IMG/VR virus record: IMGVR_UViG_3300049001_000044
Span: 186,001-250,000 of that record
Direction: 5' to 3' (one strand)
DNA: 64,000 nucleotides
Positions 60,899 to 64,000 of this stretch are shown in pieces. A program made the position numbers and the translations under genes. Each line of letters begins with the position of its first letter. Positions within the stretch are counted from its first letter, which is position 1. The notes under the pieces were generated by a model, which had not been told where the DNA came from, did no database searches, and saw nothing but the letters and a program-made list of their open reading frames with translations.

Positions 60899-62160
60899 AC
60901 GCAATCGACACCTTCGCAAACTTCATCCCCTTCATTCATGAAGGACAGGTAGTAAAGACCGACGACCCTGACCAAATGGGAAGGGTGAAGGTGTGGGTGC
61001 CTGCAGTTGACGGTGAGAACTTTGAGATCGACGCACTGCCTTGGGCAGACTACGCTCCTTCATTCTTCGGTTTCACCGTCGATTATCCAGGCGGCAATGG
61101 TGGACCAAACAACTCTCACACCGCTTACGGCATGTGGGCTGTGCCAAAGATCGGTGCATCCGTCTACATCTTCTGCGTGGGCGGTGATCCCACTCGTCGT
61201 GCGTACTTTGCATCCTCAATCCGTCTACATCGCAACCGCTCTCTCCCTGCTGGTAGGAACACGGATCCGAATGGTAAGGTTGGTCCATGGGGTGATGCTG
61301 GCGACGGCCAGGGCAACTTGAATCCTATCGAGCCAGCCTACTCTAATCTTCGTGACCAGTTCCAAAACAAACTAACGGAGTCAGAGGCAATCACTAGAGG
61401 TTTGTACGAGAGACAGATCGCCCAGGCGAAGCAGGATAAGGACGGTGCAGAGGGCTACACTAAGACGCCTATCTCAGGTGAGTCGTATTTGGATCCCCAA
61501 ACCTATTGCTGGGTAACTCCTGGTCGCCATGCGATCATTTTTCAAGACGACCCTGCTCATGCTAGGGCAAGGATCAAAACAGCTGAGGGACACCAGGTTA
61601 TCTTAGACGATGCGAATGAACGTATCTACATCTCTACAGCGAAAGGCAAGAGCTGGATTGAGATGGACTTGGACGGCCATATCCAAATCTTTGGCGCTGA
61701 TTCTTTCTCTGTTCGTTCGGGCGCTGACATCAACCTCTACGCTGACAAGAACATCAACATGGAAGCTGGACAGAGCATCAACATGAAGGCTGACAAAGGT
61801 GACTTGAAGGTGGCAGTGGGTGGATCGATCCACTTGAATGCTGTCAAGGACGGCTTCTTCACCGTCTGCGGTGGACTTCACCAAGCATCTGACGGAGCGC
61901 TTCGCTTGACAACAAAAGAGAGCATGGACTTGCGTGCTAAGAGCGACATGACGGTCACTGGCGGCAGAGCGATGGATTTGAATGGTGGCAGTGGTATGAA
62001 GCTTAGCGCAAGCAGAGTGGACGTCAATGGTCCTGCTGCGAAAATGGCAGTGGAAGCAGACTGTGCTGCGACGGCAGAGAGCCCAACGATTGTTCCAGGT
62101 CATGAGCCATGGAAGAGGCCTGAAACGAAAGGCAAGCGTAACAAAAACTGGAAGGCATGA
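60895..62160 (+). CDS. gp5: baseplate central spike (gp5/VgrG-like), no lysozyme domain evident
   Basis: DPDQMGRVKVW OB-fold, PKIGA, TAEGH and beta-helix repeats. Confidence 0.85.
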   Translation: MNAIDTFANFIPFIHEGQVVKTDDPDQMGRVKVWVPAVDGENFEIDALPWADYAPSFFGFTVDYPGGNGGPNNSHTAYGMWAVPKIGASVYIFCVGGDPTRRAYFASSIRLHRNRSLPAGRNTDPNGKVGPWGDAGDGQGNLNPIEPAYSNLRDQFQNKLTESEAITRGLYERQIAQAKQDKDGAEGYTKTPISGESYLDPQTYCWVTPGRHAIIFQDDPAHARARIKTAEGHQVILDDANERIYISTAKGKSWIEMDLDGHIQIFGADSFSVRSGADINLYADKNINMEAGQSINMKADKGDLKVAVGGSIHLNAVKDGFFTVCGGLHQASDGALRLTTKESMDLRAKSDMTVTGGRAMDLNGGSGMKLSASRVDVNGPAAKMAVEADCAATAESPTIVPGHEPWKRPETKGKRNKNWKA

Positions 62161-62186
62161 AAAATGGGAGCTAAAGCTCCCATTTT
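62161..62186. terminator. bidirectional terminator
   Basis: AAAATGGGAGC/GCTCCCATTTT. Confidence 0.75.
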
Positions 62187-62187
62187 C

Positions 62188-62568
62188 TTAATGTGATGGA
62201 ATGTCCGCGAAAGGAACCATCTTCTTCAACGACTCTCGATCTTCGCTTTCAAGATGTCCACCGCTTTCCTTAAGTCGCTCGATCATCCAAAAAAATCTAA
62301 CAACCTGACGGATAGTTTCGGGATCAAACTTGTCCTCAACAGCATGAGCTAGGCTGCCATCATTGAACCATCCCGATTTACCGTCTGGGCCCTTCACATC
62401 TTCGTCATCGTCATCTTGATGAACCCACTCAATACCGCCTCTGCGCATTGCGCCTGCTGCGATCAGAGCGGAAACAATATCAGGAATCTGGTCTACACTT
62501 TCCGTGACAATGACGGATTCTTGTAGCGGCAGTCCGGCCAGCTTACGAAGCTTGTTGAGATCTTTCAT
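62188..62568 (-). CDS. putative head internal protein with N-terminal LRKLAGL
   Basis: MKDLNKLRKLAGLPLQES. Confidence 0.7.
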   Translation of the reverse strand: MKDLNKLRKLAGLPLQESVIVTESVDQIPDIVSALIAAGAMRRGGIEWVHQDDDDEDVKGPDGKSGWFNDGSLAHAVEDKFDPETIRQVVRFFWMIERLKESGGHLESEDRESLKKMVPFADIPSH

Positions 62569-62643
62569 TCTTTTTCTCCTAGTTATGTTGCGGTCGACCG
62601 CGTGATTCGCTATTTACATGATTCTGTAACTTCAGGATGTTGG

Positions 62644-62650
62644 ATAAATA
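62644..62650 (+). promoter_or_regulatory. late promoter-like ATAAATA
   Basis: Before gp25-gp6. Confidence 0.55.
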
Positions 62651-62671
62651 GCTCCACAGCAAGGAGACTAC

Positions 62672-63040
62672 ATGGCCACCATCTACAAAGGCTTTTCAAC
62701 TAAGGACTGGCGAAAGCGTCGTACCTTCTCGATGACCAACCTGGAGATCGTGAAGCGCGACCTGCTCAATCATATCTACACTATCAAAGGTGAACGCGTA
62801 ATGATGCCTAACTTCGGCACACGCATTCCTCTTCTAGCATTCGAACCAAACGATGAGAAGACTAGGAAGGTTGTTGAGGATGATTTGACGGCAGTGTTCA
62901 CCTACGACCCACGCGTCAAGCTGCTCGGTTTGAACGTGCTAAGTCTACCTGACAACAACGCGATCATTGCTGTGGCAGATTTGCTGTACGTTGAGCTTGA
63001 CGTTAGAGACGAGCTCCACATTGAAGTGGCGACCCAATAA
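62672..63040 (+). CDS. gp25: baseplate wedge subunit
   Basis: GERVMMPNFGT...YDPRV. Confidence 0.9.
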   Translation: MATIYKGFSTKDWRKRRTFSMTNLEIVKRDLLNHIYTIKGERVMMPNFGTRIPLLAFEPNDEKTRKVVEDDLTAVFTYDPRVKLLGLNVLSLPDNNAIIAVADLLYVELDVRDELHIEVATQ

Positions 63041-63056
63041 CCTTACGAGACGCTAA

Positions 63057-64000
63057 ATGACAATCAGAAATACCTACGCAGCGGAAGCTTGGGACAAGAT
63101 CTACAACGCTTTCCAGCAAATCAACTTCACGGCGTACGACTACGACACCGTTAAGGAATCCCTTCTTCAGTACCTGAAGATCTACCACTCAGAACACTTC
63201 AACGACTTCATCGAGTCAGGTGAACTGGTGGCGAACATCGAAGCGTTCGCGTACGTGGCTGAACAGCTAGCCTACCGTATCGACGTTATGAGTCATGAGA
63301 ACTTCATGTCCACTGCGCAGAGGAAGCAATCCATCCTGCGCCTGGCAAGACTCATCTCGTATCGAGCTTCTAGAAATATCCCAGCTCGTGGCCTGGTAAA
63401 GCTGACCTCTGTCCGTACATCTGAGCAAATCTTTGACTCGCTCGGCAACGATCTGTCGAACGTCACTGTAACTTGGAACGATCCAAACAACTCCAACTGG
63501 AAGGAGCAGTTCTTCCTAGTGATGAACAAGTCTCTCACGACTAAGTTTGGTCAGCCACAGAAGTCGTTCCAGATTGGTGACGTCACGATGCAGTTGTACA
63601 CCTTCAACAACAACGCATCTTCCTTCAAGAATGGTGTCTACACCTTCTCCGTTGGTGGCACGAACGAAACTCTCCCAGCAGAAATTACTCCCGCTGACAT
63701 CGATGAGACTGGCCCTTTCGAACGCTCTCCTGACCTCAACGCCCAGATGAGTTTGATTTATGCTGTGGACGGTCGTGGCGATGGTTCTGATTACACTGGC
63801 TTCCTGATGTTCATGAAGCAAGGCACGCTGCTGCGCACTGACTACACCATCCTTGAGCCTACTGAAAATCGTCGCATCGAGTTGGACGCCATCAACATCA
63901 ACGACACGGACGTGTGGGTTTACCGCGTTGATGACGAAGGTCGCATCATTGAGAACTGGTCGATGGTTGAGACGCTCAACGAACAGAATTTGGTCTTCAA
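63057..64000 (+). CDS. gp6: baseplate wedge protein (runs off the window end)
   Basis: Read manually: MTIRNTY...FTAYDYDTVKESL..YL...FNDFIESGE...ENFMSTAQRKQSILRLA. Confidence 0.88.
   Translation, partial: MTIRNTYAAEAWDKIYNAFQQINFTAYDYDTVKESLLQYLKIYHSEHFNDFIESGELVANIEAFAYVAEQLAYRIDVMSHENFMSTAQRKQSILRLARLISYRASRNIPARGLVKLTSVRTSEQIFDSLGNDLSNVTVTWNDPNNSNWKEQFFLVMNKSLTTKFGQPQKSFQIGDVTMQLYTFNNNASSFKNGVYTFSVGGTNETLPAEITPADIDETGPFERSPDLNAQMSLIYAVDGRGDGSDYTGFLMFMKQGTLLRTDYTILEPTENRRIELDAININDTDVWVYRVDDEGRIIENWSMVETLNEQNLVF

Noticed and set aside
34823-63040. Genome-wide TAG reassignment (code 15) suggested by the suppressor tRNAs
   Set aside because: Core genes are full length in the standard code, and TAG acts as a true stop (for example at 40944, overlapping the next RBS). 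Only one internal TAG gene was found.

Overview
This window is 64 kb of a roughly 50% GC, T4-related jumbo myovirus genome. The gene order resembles Rak2/GAP32/XacN1-type phages (inference). Positions 1-34,700 are almost all minus-strand accessory genes plus 28 tRNA genes, most of them in a cluster at 20.3-28.2 kb. Positions 34,800-64,000 hold the head module (gp23, gp22, gp21, gp20), a tape-measure-like gene, baseplate genes (gp26, gp53, gp5, gp25, gp6), gp46/gp47 and the gp55 late sigma factor. Three observations stand out. (1) The tRNA cluster contains eight copies of a covarying RNA motif laid out like the Ro60-binding stem of Y RNAs. Six have the usual Y/YrlA topology. Two are circular permutations: CCA-ended tRNA bodies with the motif in place of the anticodon loop. 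(2) A Pth2-like peptidyl-tRNA hydrolase gene, missed by the ORF track, begins ATG-TTG-TAG. It lies about 1.3 kb upstream of two tandem CUA amber-suppressor tRNAs in a genome that otherwise uses TAG as a rare true stop, which suggests readthrough-gated expression. (3) Several probable head-packaged proteins carry N-terminal tags copied from scaffold or core proteins, such as LRKLAGL. All family calls come from manual motif recognition; no database searches were run.
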